In this document: in pieces, positions 54,757-54,877 of the stretch
How the letters are laid out: each line of letters begins with the position of its first letter
How positions within the stretch are numbered: position 1 is the first letter of the stretch
Source of the DNA: Gemmatimonadota bacterium
Lineage (GTDB): Bacteria; Gemmatimonadota; Gemmatimonadetes; Gemmatimonadales; Gemmatimonadaceae
Direction of reading: 5' to 3'
Assembly: GCA_031372565.1 (NCBI GenBank)
Contig: JANMLN010000198.1
Coordinates: forward strand, 1-54,877
Length of the DNA: 54,877 nt
The notes under the pieces: generated by a model
Seen by the model: only the letters and a program-made list of their open reading frames with translations
Told to the model about the DNA's origin: nothing
Database searches by the model: none
Made by a program: the position numbers and the translations under genes

Positions 54757-54781
54757 GTCGTCCTGAGCGCAGCGAAGGACC
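54757..54781. repeat. REP-like element, copy 4 (inverted orientation)
   Basis: GTCGTCCTGAGCGCAGCGAAGGACC is the reverse complement of the 34403 unit with 2 substitutions. Confidence 0.75.
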
Positions 54782-54877
54782 GGCGGTCTCACATGGTCAG
54801 TGCAACACCTTTCGGACAGTCTACAATCGGAGGTGTTGTGATGGGACGATACTGTTCGCGTTTGACGCGGGCCGAGC
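54782..54877 (+). mobile_element. probable left end of an IS30-family insertion sequence with transposase start (truncated by window edge)
   Basis: GGCGGTCTCA...AGTGCAACACC resembles IS1086-like IS30 termini (from recall); GC content drops; GGAGG RBS precedes ATG 54841, giving MGRYCSRLTRAE, like the Y..LT..ER N-terminus of IS30 transposases. Confidence 0.55.

Overview
This is a high-GC bacterial chromosomal window. Gene content (mglBA after dnaX-ybaB-recR, a SARP/BTAD-TM-TPR regulator, PEP-CTERM proteins, bacillithiol enzymes) suggests Gemmatimonadota, which is an inference. It holds about 50 CDS. Housekeeping blocks: iscS-mnmA, grpE-dnaJ, ffs-dnaX-ybaB-recR-mglB-mglA-pgsA-cinA, fba-yihY-ltaE-rhodanese and tal-pyk-MBL hydrolase. 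The most notable accessory module is a ~9.5 kb putative synthase-dependent exopolysaccharide locus at 37924-47420. It encodes a processive GT2, a membrane-anchored HEAT-repeat protein, an Hpt/REC/degenerate-GGDEF/REC protein, a single REC protein, a TPR-glycoside hydrolase and a TPR/outer-membrane barrel. Other accessory features: a LytS/LytTR pair with recognisable operator repeats next to a periplasmic PQQ dehydrogenase carrying a CxxCH loop; two PEP-CTERM genes with sigma54-like and IHF-like upstream signals; a small REP-like repeat family, one copy of which is abutted by a probable IS30-family element at the right edge; a Ser/Thr kinase pseudogene fragment; and an SRP RNA with a non-GNRA apical loop. 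I found no CRISPR array, tRNA or rRNA. All calls come from motif recognition by eye, with no database searches.
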